Positions 51,507 to 64,000 of a stretch of 64,000 bases of DNA are shown here, in pieces. Source of the DNA: Nageia nagi (lineage: Eukaryota; Plantae; Pinophyta); the NCBI GenBank assembly GCA_050084985.1, contig JBITNC010000002.1, positions 28,148,001 through 28,212,000 on the forward strand, written 5' to 3'. Numbering within the stretch: position 1 is the first letter of the stretch; every line of letters starts with the position of its first letter. A program made the position numbers and the translations under genes. The notes under the pieces are model-generated. The model was not told the DNA's origin. It saw nothing but the letters and a program-made list of their open reading frames with translations, and did not search any database.

Positions 51507-54500
51507 TTTGATGTCCCCCTTTTACTTTTAGTGGGACAAGTCTAGTCATCTTGTACTATATCTATTTGATGTATTTGCATTTACATTAGTGTAGCTCAGG
51601 ATAGGAGTTTAATGTGTCATGTGGACCCCACTGTGAGCCCCAAGTGGGACATCTCCCTTATGAGTAGTAGATTAGGCATGTGTTGCATTAGATATCTCGG
51701 ATTGTGGGAATCCCAAGGTATTTTTATGCATTTGTGAGTTGGACAAATACAAGCATGCTAGCGCCATATTGGGGAGGACCCCATACCTCCATGTTGGCTC
51801 TTAAGGACTCCAAGACCCCCACATTGACACTTTAAGTGTTAGGGATCCCACATTGGCACTTTATGTGGTCACGATCCCCACATTGGCATATTATATGATT
51901 ATGACCCCCATGTTGGCACTTTAAGTGATTGGGCCTCCAACTACCCAATGTTGGGTTAGATGGGCTTAGGATGACTCCTAGGTGATTTTTAGACATAAGC
52001 AATGTATAAATAGACATTGGAACTTTAGTATTGGACAACTATTGATTTACTACGCTTATTATAGACCTTTTGGCACAAGTCTTAGTGATGCTAAGCATTC
52101 CATTCCTAGGTGGAACGTCTAGAGGATAGTCAAGCAGTGGGATCATGATTATCTATGGCATAGGTGGAGCACCTTACCCATCCCATGGAATTTTGAGGAT
52201 TTACTTCTACCTTTAGTGGTTCACTAGGTTTCAAGGAGGGCTCCTTTAGTGGAGATGATTCGAGATCCAAGGGAGTCTATCTTATGGTTTGATAGTTGTT
52301 CAGTGTTGAGGGTTTCAGAGCATTGTGCCCTAGTTGGCTCCCTTGAAGCCAATAACTGCCCATTGGGCATTGGTATTGTATTATTATCATTGTCATCATT
52401 CATATATAGCCATAGGGTATTGTATCTCATTATGTATTGTGTATTCCATACTTGTGCATGCGTTGGGCTGATTATGCTTCATTATACATGTATGAGTCAG
52501 ACGTTGGCATTATGATGTGATGTTCATTGATATATGCTCATTATTGCTAAAAATTGCCCTTATGATGTATTGTTCATTACATTTCTCATGTATGTATTAG
52601 ACTTTGGCATTTTGGGTATTTGAATGTGTGATCTTGATAACCAAACCCTAACGTTGCATGATTGAGGGTTTGAATTTGTATGTTTGATGCCCTAGACTTG
52701 ACATCAAGGTTTGATGATTCTATATTGGTAATTTGTGTTTGAATTTGAAATTTGGATCATCATAAGTGGTATTAGAGCTTGGATCTAGCTAGCTTATATA
52801 TGAGACCTAGAATCCATCGTAACTATACCAAATCTAGTAGGAGAGAGATGGCATCCACTAGGAAGAGTGAAAGATAAGAGGAGACCGTAGAGAGGGTCGT
52901 TTAGGGGGAGGAGATATGGACATGGATGAATAAGCTATTGGAAGAGAAGGCTTCTAGCGATGAGGAAGATGTGCATGGGGCATAAGGAGATAAATAAAAT
53001 ATGGATAGGAGGAGAAGCCCTACTCCAATTCGAGGATCTACTCTTGAACAAAAGTATGATGAGTTGATATTTGTTATTCACAACATGACTGGGGTCATGA
53101 CTTTTATGCACCAATAGATGTTTAAACATTAGGGAGATTCTAAGGATCCAGAGAGGCATAGATCACCACTATGATATGCTAGAGATGATCCAAGAGTATA
53201 ACACCATGTTTAGGATGAGAGGGAGCACCCACGACTAGCCAGGGATGAGATGGAGCACCCACAACTAAATAGGGATGAGAGGGAGAACCCATGATTGGAT
53301 AGGGAAGATAGGGAGCAACCATGTTGGGCTAGGATTGAGGAGGAGCACCCATGTCTGGCTAGAGATGACTAGGACACCCCATGTACAACTAAAGGGGGTA
53401 AAGAGACAACATGTTTGGCTAGAGAAGATAGAGATGATTGGATCAAGGAGAATCAATCTAATCAAGAGCATAGCTTGAGGAGATTGAGGGATAGAGAATC
53501 CACTCATCATGGATCGTTGAGGTAGCTAGAGGCCACATTCATGAGATCTCACTCACACAAAGCACCCCAAGGCCTCTCCTAGGGAGATTCTTGGAGGAGG
53601 ACATTGGTAGAGTGGAGGAGCAGTCGATGATTTTGAATTTATCTAGACCCATGTTTATGTAAAAGGTAGGGGAGGTTTCAAAGAGCAAGGTGCCTAGTCT
53701 GTTCGAATTGAACCAGATCTTTAGAGAGTATTCCATGTTAGATCCTCGTATGAGGAGAGATGTTAACTTCAATGGCTATCTTGAGCTATTAGAATTAAAG
53801 GGTAGTAGTGCACATGGCCCATGATATTTAAGGAGCTAGTGGGAGGAGAAGAAGGATTTGCAACATAAGATTAGTAAGATGTAGATTCCCCTATATAATG
53901 ATAAGAAGATGACTACTAGGGCATGGCTACATCAATTGTAGACATACTTCACCCTAAACCCTAGCATGGTAGAGGAGGATGTGATTCACTTTGCATCATT
54001 ACATTTGGAGGGTGATAGAGTGGTGGAAACATGGTGTGATCTGCCAAGGGTACTCACTCATCACCTCATTCAATGAGTTTACCAAGAGGTTGGCAAAGAG
54101 ATTTTACTACTTCTAGGACTTGATAGCATTGAGGTAGTCTAAAGTGGTGGATAAGTTTTTGATGAAGTTCCAAAGGATAGCCATTATGATCCATCACATC
54201 CTAGAGGAGAGGTTGGTTTTCCTCTTCATTAAGGGATTGATGGATCCATTGAGAGGGATGGTCAAGGTGTCTTATCCTAGAAGCCTCGATGATGCTATCT
54301 GAGAAGCCTATTACTTGGAGCACACTATGAAATCCCTTAAGGGAGGATCGATTTCCAAGGGGTTGGCTAATCGAAAGCTATTTACTGAGGGGCCTAGCAA
54401 GGTCAAGGGAATTCCTCCATCTAGGACAAACCAGTTAGATGTAGCTACATAGAGGAAGCTAAGGGAAGAGGGCAAGTGCTTCTACTGCAAGAAGATTTGG

Positions 54501-55051
54501 GAGCTCGAGCATTATTATTTGGGAAAGGGATAGGTGCACTACATTGATGTATTTTTAGAGGAGTCAAATGAGTTAGACTTGGAGTTAGGAGTTGATGTGG
54601 AGTACACAGGGTCACCATGAGTAGAGGGTACTTTTGGAAGCATGATTACTTCACTCCATGGAGTGAAGAAGTACCTAACTCTAAAGATTATGGGATAGGA
54701 AGGTGGACATGATGTGATGGTGCTGATAGATCCTAGAGCATCCCATAACTTCATTGATTTCAATTTTTCATAACATGAGATCTTGAAGACTAAGGCATTT
54801 TAAGGGTTTTGAGTTTCCAATGCCAATGGGAAACTCAGCTTGGTTGATCACATTATGGAGCAATTTGGAGTGAGGTTGCAAAGTTATGTGGTGAGAGAGG
54901 ACTTTTACATCTACCTCTTGAAGGGGCATCCTCACATCATTCTTGGAGTACAATGGTTATTCAATTTGGGTGACATTCATACCAACTATCAAACACTCAC
55001 CATGAGTTTTGAAATAGATGGTAAGACCCATACATTGTAGGGCATCCGAGA
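51507..55051 (+). mobile_element. Truncated chromovirus-type gypsy (5' LTR 51507-52764, PBS, gag-protease), related to the 9579 family
   Basis: LTR shares CCCACTGTGAGCCCCAAGTGGGA with 9710. PBS TGGTATTAGAGC at 52767. Decayed gag; protease VLIDPRASHNFID; IILGVQWL. Cut by a copia LTR at 55052. Confidence 0.85.
53211..53430 (+). repeat. 30-bp tandem array (about 7 degenerate copies) in the gag N-terminal region
   Basis: AGGGATGAGAGGGAGCACCCAYGAYTAGCT-like units at an exact 30-bp period (10-aa RDEREHPRLA-like repeats). Confidence 0.8.
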
Positions 55052-58000
55052 TGTTGGAATGTATAATGCATTATTGTAAAGGTTTGTATTAATCTTCTAT
55101 GTAAGTTCACTAATACTGAAGGGTATCATTTGATATCTTAAATATTTAATTGAATATGATAATGTAACTTCTCCTACACTCCATGTCATGAGCATGCCCC
55201 TTAGGTAAAAGGATGTGCATGTCATGCTTTTGTACAATGGATAAAAAGGTGATCCAAAGAGGGATTTTGGCCTATAAATAAAAGGCTCCCTCTTTGTGAT
55301 CACACATCAATTGTGGAGTATAGTTATGCTATAGGATAGTGGTTAGGAGAAAAAAGTAGGAGAATTGTAAGAGTTCATATTTGTTAATAAGAGAGATCTA
55401 GTAAGTGTATGTACTCCTAGTTGGAGGAACCACTTACATCTTGTGTTATCTTTGTGAGATTGCTTTGTGTGATAGTTAGATGTGAATTAAGAGCTTTCAT
55501 GTGATCTTGATAGTTTAGGATTGTTTATGTTATAGTTCTATTCTCTCATTTGGTATCAGAGCTCCTTAGAAGCTCCTCTTTCACATCCTTTGTGTGGAAG
55601 CTCCTCATCAACTTGGTGTTAAGGATCCTCTTCAATTTGGAGGTCTTCTTCCTTCACTTGCATTTTTAAGGGGTAAAAAGATTTGATGGTATAATTTTCT
55701 CCTTAATCTTTTCTTACTTCATATGGCACTAACATTGTTATTATTATGTTAGTTCAATCTATTACATTTTTTTGTAAAATCCAATCTCTTACAAAAAAAT
55801 TTGCTTCAAATTTCATAATATATTGTTGCTTTTTACTAACAATTTCTTTAGAAGTTAGTAATTACATTTTTTTAAGAATAATGTATTATGTATATAAAAA
55901 TTTATATATGCTCCTTTGTTTTCTTAACATTGAAGTTTTGTTTTATTTGCAAAATTTTTAAAAGAAAGGCTTTATTTACAAAGTTTTGCAATATTTACAT
56001 AATACTATATTTTTTCCCAAAATTATACCTTTTTTTTGTAAAAATAATTTTTTTTAATGCAAATATGAATTTAGGGGGAAATAATTTTTTTAAGAGGCAA
56101 TTTAAAAAAAAGGGAGGCATTTTTTAAAATAGTTTTTTAGGGCTTTAAGCTCGACTGTCGATCGATCGCCTCTACCATCGTCGCTCCTCGATCGCATCCA
56201 CTCTATGACCTACCTCTTCTCGATCATCTCCATCACCTTCACCCTTCCCTGATTGACTCTGCTCAATGGCCTACCTCCACCTGATCACTTTCATAACTCT
56301 ACGACCTCCTATTGCCCCCCAGCTTGCATCACTCTATGGTCTCCACTTTTGCTCCGCAACCTCCTATTGCCCCCTATGGCATGCTTCGCTCTACAACCTC
56401 CACCTCCTCCCTTCTACTCACATGACTGAGGTCCCCTCGCATAGTCTTTCCTCCCTCCTCTCACTTTGTTGTGTCATTGTTATTATTTGTAGTTGGTGAG
56501 TGTATTTTATTTATAGCCTTCCTTAATTTTTTTTGCTTGTCAAACAAGCCTTTCCCATCATAGCACTATGCATGGAGTTTCATGCAAAAGGATCACTAAA
56601 TTTAATGACAAATTAATGCATTTGGGTAGAGTGTGGGTTTTGTTCTTCACATTAAATGCATAGGTGGAGTGTGGGTTTGGTCCCTCATTTATTGTTAAGT
56701 AATGATAGCTTATTTACTACTTAGAGGATTTTTTAACTATTAATTCCTTAGTTAAATTATCTTGAAAATTACAAGGTAATTTTTTTTAAAACTAAGCCCT
56801 CTAAGAGGAATATTAACAAATTTCCTTCCCTTGCCTTGATTATATTGCAATTTCCTATGGTACATAGGTAAACGCAATTTTTAAGATATTGGCACTTTTG
56901 TTGAGGTAATTTTTTTTTTTTTTTACTAAAGTAATTTTTTTTTTTTTACTAAAGTAATTTTTTTATTAAAGAAAACAAAAAGGGGGATAATTTGTTATAT
57001 ACTTAAAAGTTTTTTTAAGCCAAAATTAGTGTGCTATCTTAAGGGTTATTTTTAAAGTAAAAGGAGGGGGAAATATTTGTGAAATTCCTTTTACTTTAAA
57101 ATTTTTAGGGACTTCGATTTTTTAAAGTCAAAAATGCATGCATAGGACTTAAAATTATTTTAAGTTAAAATTAATGCTTAGTACTTATTTTTCTAAGATA
57201 ATGCATGTTTAAGGACTTAAATTATAATTTTAAGTTAAAAGATGCATGTTTATTACTTATTAAGTTAATAATGCATTTTTTTTGCTTAAATGCTTAAGTT
57301 AATGCTCACTACTTAAAAGATAAAAACATGTTTAGTACTTATGTTGCATGCTTAGAACTTAAATTTTAAGTTAATGTTGCATGCTTAGGACCTAATTCCT
57401 TAAGTTAACTTATGCAAATTTTTGGAATTAATACATGCTTATGCTTAAGTATTTGTTTTTTTTGCAAAGTTAACTTGTGCAAAATTAGGATTGAAGTAAA
57501 GATGTCCTTTAGGGGTTGGTAAACAAAACCCATTGGACACTTAGGTTTCAAATTTTTGAATGGATGAAATTTTACTTATGCTTTTTTATTTCATATTTTG
57601 CACTTTGATTTATTTGCTTATGCAAACAAAAATGTAAACATTGAAATTAGCAACCCCTTAAAATGAACACATTCGCATGTACATTCTGTAACATGACTTA
57701 TTTGGGAAGCCATGAGGTTAGAATAGGCGAACTGGAGACTCTAAGTCTAACAATCCAAGTGGTGAAAAGTTTGTACTTCTCAATTGCCCCTAAATCCTTT
57801 GTTGGTCTAGATGTAACTCCAATAGGTGGATAGGTATGTGTAGTGATACCACATATCCGCACATCCATTAAAGAATTATCCTAATAACTTAGGAGGATAA
57901 CTTGAAATCTAATCAAGATTAATAATTTGGTTGATCTAATAAACATCAAAACTTTGGAAAATAGCTAGTACTTATCCTTATGAGAGTATATTGCTACCTA

Positions 58001-61000
58001 AGGGGAACTGGTTTAGGATTGGTAGGACCTGGGCTCCTCTTGTGTTGACATCCAGGTGAAGGCCTAATTTTAGATAAGAAAATAAACCTCAACAATATCA
58101 CTCTATATCTACGATTCTTGAGATGAGAAATGCATTTGGGTACATGGGTTATTATTTGAGTTGTAAAACATTTGCACTTGTGAATCAAATCAATATGATT
58201 TTAGTATTAAATATAATATGTATTATTTACTTGGTTAAAACTTAGCATTTAATGTTATTTATTAAATCACATGCTTATTATTTTCAAATTCTTGTGTAGT
58301 AAATGGGAGAATCCTTTTTACCTAAACATATTTTTGATGGTTTCAACTTTAGAATTTGGGAACTACGAATGAGAGCTAAATTGTAGTCAAGAAAGCTTTG
58401 GCAAATAGTGAATGAGAACCTTGTACCTCCTACAGATGAGAAGGTACTAGAGGCTTACAACATAAAGAATGAGTTGGCAATCTTCATGATTTATCGTGCA
58501 ATTTTAGATGATGTGCTTTTGATGATTTTTTCTTCAAACTCGATAAAGGAAGCTTGGAATAAGCTTAAGCAAATCTACCTTGGTTCAAAATTTTCAAGAA
58601 GCTTTATCAAGGGGAAGATAAAAATGTGGCTATCTACTTGAACAAAATCATAAACCTAAGGACCCAACTTGTTGCTTGTGGGTGCAATTGGATCAATGAT
58701 GAGTTCATGGTCTTCATCATTCTTTAAAACCTTTCTTCAAAGTTCAGAAACTTTATGATGGTTATGGAAATAAGTCTTGATGATGATGAAGTCTTCTCCC
58801 TTGAGAACCTTTCTAGGCACCTATTAAAGCATGAGGAAACCCTTAACAATAAGGTGTTAATTTCTTTTCCTAAGGATAATAACATTACTCTTGGAGCAAC
58901 CAAAACTCTTTTCAAGAAGAAGTTTAACAGAAATAATAGCAACAATGGTAACAACAAGATCAATAACAACAACAATAGGAATAATGGCAACAACAACCAC
59001 TTTGGGCAAAGAAAAGCAAATATTCCTTATCCTAAGGAAAAGTTTGATGGTAATTGTAACTATTATGGCATCCAAGGTCACAAAGAAGTTGATTGATACA
59101 AAAGAAAAGAGAGAAAAAGTTTAAAGGCGATGGAAATGTGAAGAACTTCAAAGGAAAGAAATATATTCATGTTGATTTTGCTATGGCTCTCTACTCCATG
59201 TCTTGCTCTTTTTCATCTGAATGGATTGTTGATTCTGGTTGCACTAATCACCTTTGCTTTGAAAAGGAAAAGTTTGAGAACTTTTACAAGTATAGAAAAG
59301 ATGTAGTTGTGATAGGTGATAACTCTACCCTTGAAGTTCAAAGAATTAGGAGTGTGCTGATTCATGAAAAGGTTCTTGAAAATGTGCTCTATGTTCTTAA
59401 TCTTAGGATGAACCTTCTCTCCATGATCCAAGTTGCTAGAAAAGGGTACTCTTTTGAGTTCGACTCTCAATCCTGGTGCATTAAGAAAGGACTTACCACT
59501 TTAGTTAAAGGATCTATGAAAGATAACCTCTACATTATTGATCAAGTTCCATCAAAGATATGTCTTGCTTCTAGTGTGTGTTCTAGAGGTAATCTTTAGC
59601 ATCATCATTTAGAGCATCTTAACCATAAGAGTATTTAATTCATGAAAGACCAAGAACTTATGTAAGGTTTACCTTCAATTTCTCCTTTGATTGGTCTATT
59701 CAAAAAGTACATTCTTTGTAAGATGCATCGATAAAAGTTTGAAAAAGATAAGGTAACAAGAGCATCTCAACCTCTTCAACTTGTGCATTTAGATTTGATG
59801 AGTCCATTTCAAACTAAGTCGCTTGAAGAAGCATATTACATCTTGACCTTCATTGATGACAATTATGGAGATGGCTAGATGCATGTTAGGGTAATCGTTC
59901 TAATTTCTTATGGGGTGAAGCTGTGAGCATTGCTATTTACATTTTGAATAGGTGTCCCATAAATATCATTCAGAGTAAAATTCCTTTTGAGGCATGATCA
60001 AGAAGAAAACCTAACATTTCTCATCTTAAGGTGTTTGGTTGTGAAGCATTCTCCTATATTATTTCTAAGAAAAAGAAGAAGTTGGATAAAAGAGCTAAAA
60101 AATGCATCTTTGTGGGTTATGATAGTCAACATAAAGGCTATAGGCTCTACTCTCCATCCTATAAAGCTATGTTTATCTCAAGGGATGTAAAGTTCAATGA
60201 AATTCTTGATGAATCTACTTTTAATAAGGATGTTGATGATCCAAAAGACTCTTTAGTTACTCTTAGCTGGTTAGATATTGATGTAGTAAAGTCACCTCTA
60301 AAAAAAAATTCTCCAACACAAAGGGTAACAAGGAGCATGACCTTGAATAAATCCTTATTTTCCAAGATTAAAAATAAGCATGAGACCTCATTTTTCAAAA
60401 TAGTTTCAAAGCATGAGTGCTGTAAGGAAGCCATGAAAGTGGAGTATGATTTGCTTAGAAAAATAAAACCTGTAACTTGGTTTCTTATCCCAATGAAAAG
60501 AATGTGATGGTAATAAGTGGATCTATAAGGTCAAATTCAATTTAGTTGGATATATTGAGAAATACAAGGCAAGGTTAGTAGCTAAAGGTTTTGCTCAGAA
60601 ATATGATGTAGATTATGAGGAAACCTTTTCTCCCATGGTAAAGATGCCTATTGTGAGAGTTATTCTTTCTCTTTCTGTAGCTCAAAGATGGAAAGTTTTT
60701 CAAGTTGATCTCAAGAGTGTATTTCTCAATTGTGACTTAGATGTGAAAATCTTTATGAATCAATTAGAAGGGTTTATTATAGAAGGCAAAGAGTCCTTTG
60801 TATGCAAGTTAAAGAAGTCATTGTATGGACTTAAGCAAGCACCTCAAGCCTGGTATAGAAAGATTTCAAGGTATTTTGCAGACATTGGATTATCCAAATA
60901 TTTTTTTGACTCTAATCTATATGTGCTCAATCAAGAAAAAAACATGGTCTTGATTCTCCTTTATGTGGATGATCTTCTGATAATTAAGAATAATGATGAA

Positions 61001-61316
61001 ATCATTCAAGAGTGCATATCCAAACTTAAGATAATATTTGAAATGATTGATCTTGGTCTCTTACACTACTATTGTAGAATGCAAGTGTATCAATACAAGG
61101 ATTGTACTTACCTTAGTTAATCTAAGTATATATCAGATATCTTTCAAAAGTTTGGAATAGAGGAGTGTGGATATGCTACGATCCCAATCTCTTCTAGAAT
61201 CACTATTTTTATGAGCTCTAAATCTCAATTAGCTAATGCTACAGCTTAAAGGTAATTAATTGGTAGTCTTTTATATTTGACTATATACAGGCTAGATATT
61301 ACCTTTGTAGTGAATT

Positions 61317-63946
61317 TGTTATGAACAAAGTTCCCAAAATAGCATAAAATCACCAAAGAGAGAGCTCAACGCATTGAATAAGAGATAAAATCTGTAATAA
61401 GCCACTTCGAGGGGGCAACCTCCTTTGTAATAAGCCACTTCGAGGGGGCAACCTCCTTTACATCACATCAATTACACAACAATAGACATCTTCAAATGAT
61501 AATACCTCCTTAGTATATATAGGAGTCCAAGGGGTGCCACTACAATGAAAGGACACTAGCCGACATACAATAATAATGTAAGGAAATAATAATAACCATA
61601 GCCGACCTAACAATAATAATGTATAGGGACCTAACATGCCCTCTCCTTCAAAAAAATGTTGTCCTCAACATTTTAGTAGTTCTGGATGCTTCTGTAGAAA
61701 TTTCTCATCTTCCCATGTGGAATATTCAGCCATTGCCATATTTTTACTTTCAACCTTCCTTGCCATCCTAAAAGCCATCTCTAAGGATGTTGGTTCAAAT
61801 AGATGCACCTCATGTTGAATTTTATCCTTTAAGATTCCCATAAAGAGATCCAAAAATCTATCATCTGGTATATCCTTCACTCTAAGACTCAACTTTTGAA
61901 ATTGTTGAATGTGCTCCATCACTGAACCTTCTTGCCTTAGATTTATCAATTGAGTAAAGAAGGAATTATTCTTAACATCCTCATGGTAGGCTATCAGTTC
62001 CTCTGTAAAAATGGACAAGATATAATAGAACCCTTTTTACGTTCACAAAGCCATTGGTACCATACAACCTGCTCAGGCTCTAGATACAAGGATGCAATAG
62101 TTACTTTTTGTGATGTTGGTACTTGGTGTAGATCAAAAAAGTGCTCCATTTGAAATATCCAAGTGATGGGGTCCCTTCCATCAAACTTTCTCATGTCGAT
62201 CTTGGGGATTTGGATTCCCCTTGAGAACCATGCTTGATTACTTCCATCAGTAGAAGCATATCCTCCTGAATTAGGCTTATTAATGAAGGGTTTATCTCCT
62301 TGAATAATATCATTATTTACCTGATAACCCTGGGCCATATCAACATCTTTAGGAATATTTACCTCTGGGTTTTGTATGAGTTGAAAAATCTTTTCCATAT
62401 ATTGATCCATTTTAGTTGCCAACTCTTTTGTCAAATCCCTTTTTAATTCCTCCATATCACCCTTTTTTTACACACTCTTTAAACCAATTCTTCACTTGGG
62501 ATATTCGAAAGAATATGTCTTCACTTTTTGCCGTAGTCATGGATGAACCCTCTAGAGGTCTAGTTGGTGTAGCAATTTTTTTCGGTGGCATTTTGACTAA
62601 GTATTCTAGGGGGTCTCCCTTTTACGCCAGGTACGTGGGAGCTCAATTCTGTGCTAGTGCTGTCTAATGCACAACCGTTCGAAAAGGGCCCTTGCTAATA
62701 TACTCGCGGTACGTGAGGGAATCCTAAAGGACCTCTCTATATACCATGTACGTGCATGAGCATGATGGCCTCTCTATATACTCAAAGGTACGTGAGAGAA
62801 TCCAACAGTGGCCTAAGCGATATACTGCGAGTACGTTGTAGGAGACCACAATTCCTCGGGATGCAGTGCTGGTAAAGTAACGACAGCTCCTATGTTTAAA
62901 GATGCCAGAACACATCTATACCTAAAAGAATCTACTCTTTCTTTTCTTTCCAATAGCTTATGAATCACCCCAAATAGACCTTCCAATCAAAATATATGCA
63001 AATTTAAAGAAATAAATAAATAAATTGTACCTTTTTAAATCGTGATTTGGAGACTGTTCTATTATCCAACCTTCCAACTGATGTAAATATGAAATTTCGG
63101 CCCTTTAGAGTCTGAAATTTATACCTATGCTAGCCTCAGATGTCTTCTTTTCAATGCCATAGATTTTGTCAAATTCTGATAGTCCAAGAGGAAATGACTG
63201 CAATTTTCCCAAAATGTGCTGATTTTTGGATTTTTTTGAAGAGCGAACTTGTATGAAGTGCCTTGTGTCACCTGTTTATTCTCAGACTTGAAAATTGTAA
63301 CAGATAAACTTTAGTATATAACCTAACCAATACAATAGGTTTCACCTTTTTTGGAGCTGTAAAAACTTCAGATATAACCTTTTTAGCTAGAACACCTGTT
63401 TCAGACCTGCTTTTGCGACTAGTCACAAACCTTAACTTCCCCTGAGTGTAACTTAAAAAATATAGCGAATTAGGAGCTGAAATTTTAACCGAAACTTCTT
63501 CGTTATGTCTTAAAAAAACCCAATAAATTTCAAAATCTGAATCCTCCCGAAAAAAAAATTGGTAGCGAAAATGCCACGATGACTAGTTTTGAGCTGTGAA
63601 ACCTAGAATCGTCTGCTCTGGTACCAAATGTTATGAACAAGTTCCCAAATAGCATAAAATCACCAAAGAGAGAGCTCAACGCATTGAATAAGAGATAAAA
63701 TCTGTAATAAGCCACTTCGAGGGGGCAACCTCCTTTGTAATAAGCCACTTCGAGGGGGCAACCTCCTTTACATCACATCAATTACACAACAATAGACATC
63801 TTCAAATGATAATACCTCCTTAGTATATATAGGAGTCCAAGGGGTGCCACTACAATGAAAGGACACTAGCCGACATACAATAATAATGTAAGGAAATAAT
63901 AATAACCATAGCCGACCTAACAATAATAATGTATAGGGACCTAACA
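61317..63946 (-). mobile_element. Young gag-only (TR-GAG-like) chromovirus derivative, 2.63 kb
   Basis: LTRs 61317-61636 and 63629-63946 differ by only two homopolymer indels; perfect TSD GAATT (61312-16 / 63947-51); PBS TGGTACCAGAGC (63615-26, minus); PPT GAAGGAGAGGGCA. Confidence 0.95.
61665..62540 (-). CDS. gag: Gag fused to a chromodomain C-terminal tail, split by two 1-nt frameshifts as assembled
   Basis: PKIDMRKFDGRDPITWIFQMEHFF...WYQW (61994-62455); LINLRQEGSVMEHIQQF...ARKVESKNMAMA|EYSTWEDEKFLQKHPELLKC (61665-62018); upstream MTTAKSEDIFF from about 62540. Confidence 0.75.
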
Positions 63947-64000
63947 GAATTTAATGGCACAACTAAAACCATATGTTGAGCACCTCAATGTTGTTAAGTA

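Larger units (their letters stand above)
55052..64000 (+). mobile_element. Degenerate Ty1/copia element (5' LTR 55052-55548, PBS, long leader, gag-PR-INT-RT), runs off the window
   Basis: PBS TGGTATCAGAGC at 55551; gag from ATG 58303 (FDGFNFRIW); CNYYGIQGH knuckle; WIVDSGCTNH protease; LDKRAKKCIFVGY; LKKSLYGLKQAP...LYVDDL. RT resumes after 63951. Confidence 0.92.

Noticed and set aside
53211-53430. Regular 30-bp repeats as a CRISPR array
   Set aside because: Head-to-tail degenerate tandem units without unique spacers, inside retrotransposon gag, in a plant genome with no cas genes.
58925-59000. Asn-rich (AAC/AAT)n tract and the antisense poly-Leu/Val ORFs
   Set aside because: Low-complexity linker before the copia zinc knuckle; the antisense ORFs are shadows of it.
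59855-59870. Copia integrase core deleted (FIDD joined to TIMEMARCML)
   Set aside because: Real, but a common decay event in an element already full of stops.
1-64000. Most 60-100 aa ORFs in the track; tRNA and rRNA genes
   Set aside because: The ORFs are random or TE-shadow frames in AT-rich DNA; no intact structural RNA gene was recognisable.

Overview
AT-rich, CpG-depleted plant nuclear DNA, most likely from a large gymnosperm/conifer-type genome (inferred from TE types and decay; not verifiable here). Most of the window is nested, decayed transposons: Ty3/gypsy, Ty1/copia, L1, hAT and SINE-like elements. Two host genes look intact, both on the minus strand: a small WDCGS-LYDSYEL (ACRE194-like) gene at 22601-23149 and an F-box/kelch-type gene at 46411-47550. 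Broken host genes are a TBL acetyltransferase pseudogene (about 1.1-2.1 kb), an EPFL peptide gene (11132-11831) and an unidentified exon (31918-32319). Highlights: (1) a non-autonomous copia element (10137-14279; two LTRs, PBS, PPT, 5-bp TSD) carries an intron-containing EPFL4/5/6-like peptide-hormone gene, and an uninterrupted copy of its target site survives in a solo LTR in the same window; (2) a very young gag-only chromovirus derivative (61317-63946) has near-identical LTRs and Gag fused to a chromodomain tail; (3) a hAT sits inside another hAT-like element, and its transposase has a 62-nt microsatellite insertion bounded by GT-AG that restores the frame if spliced out. All calls were made by eye without database searches; boundaries of old elements are approximate.
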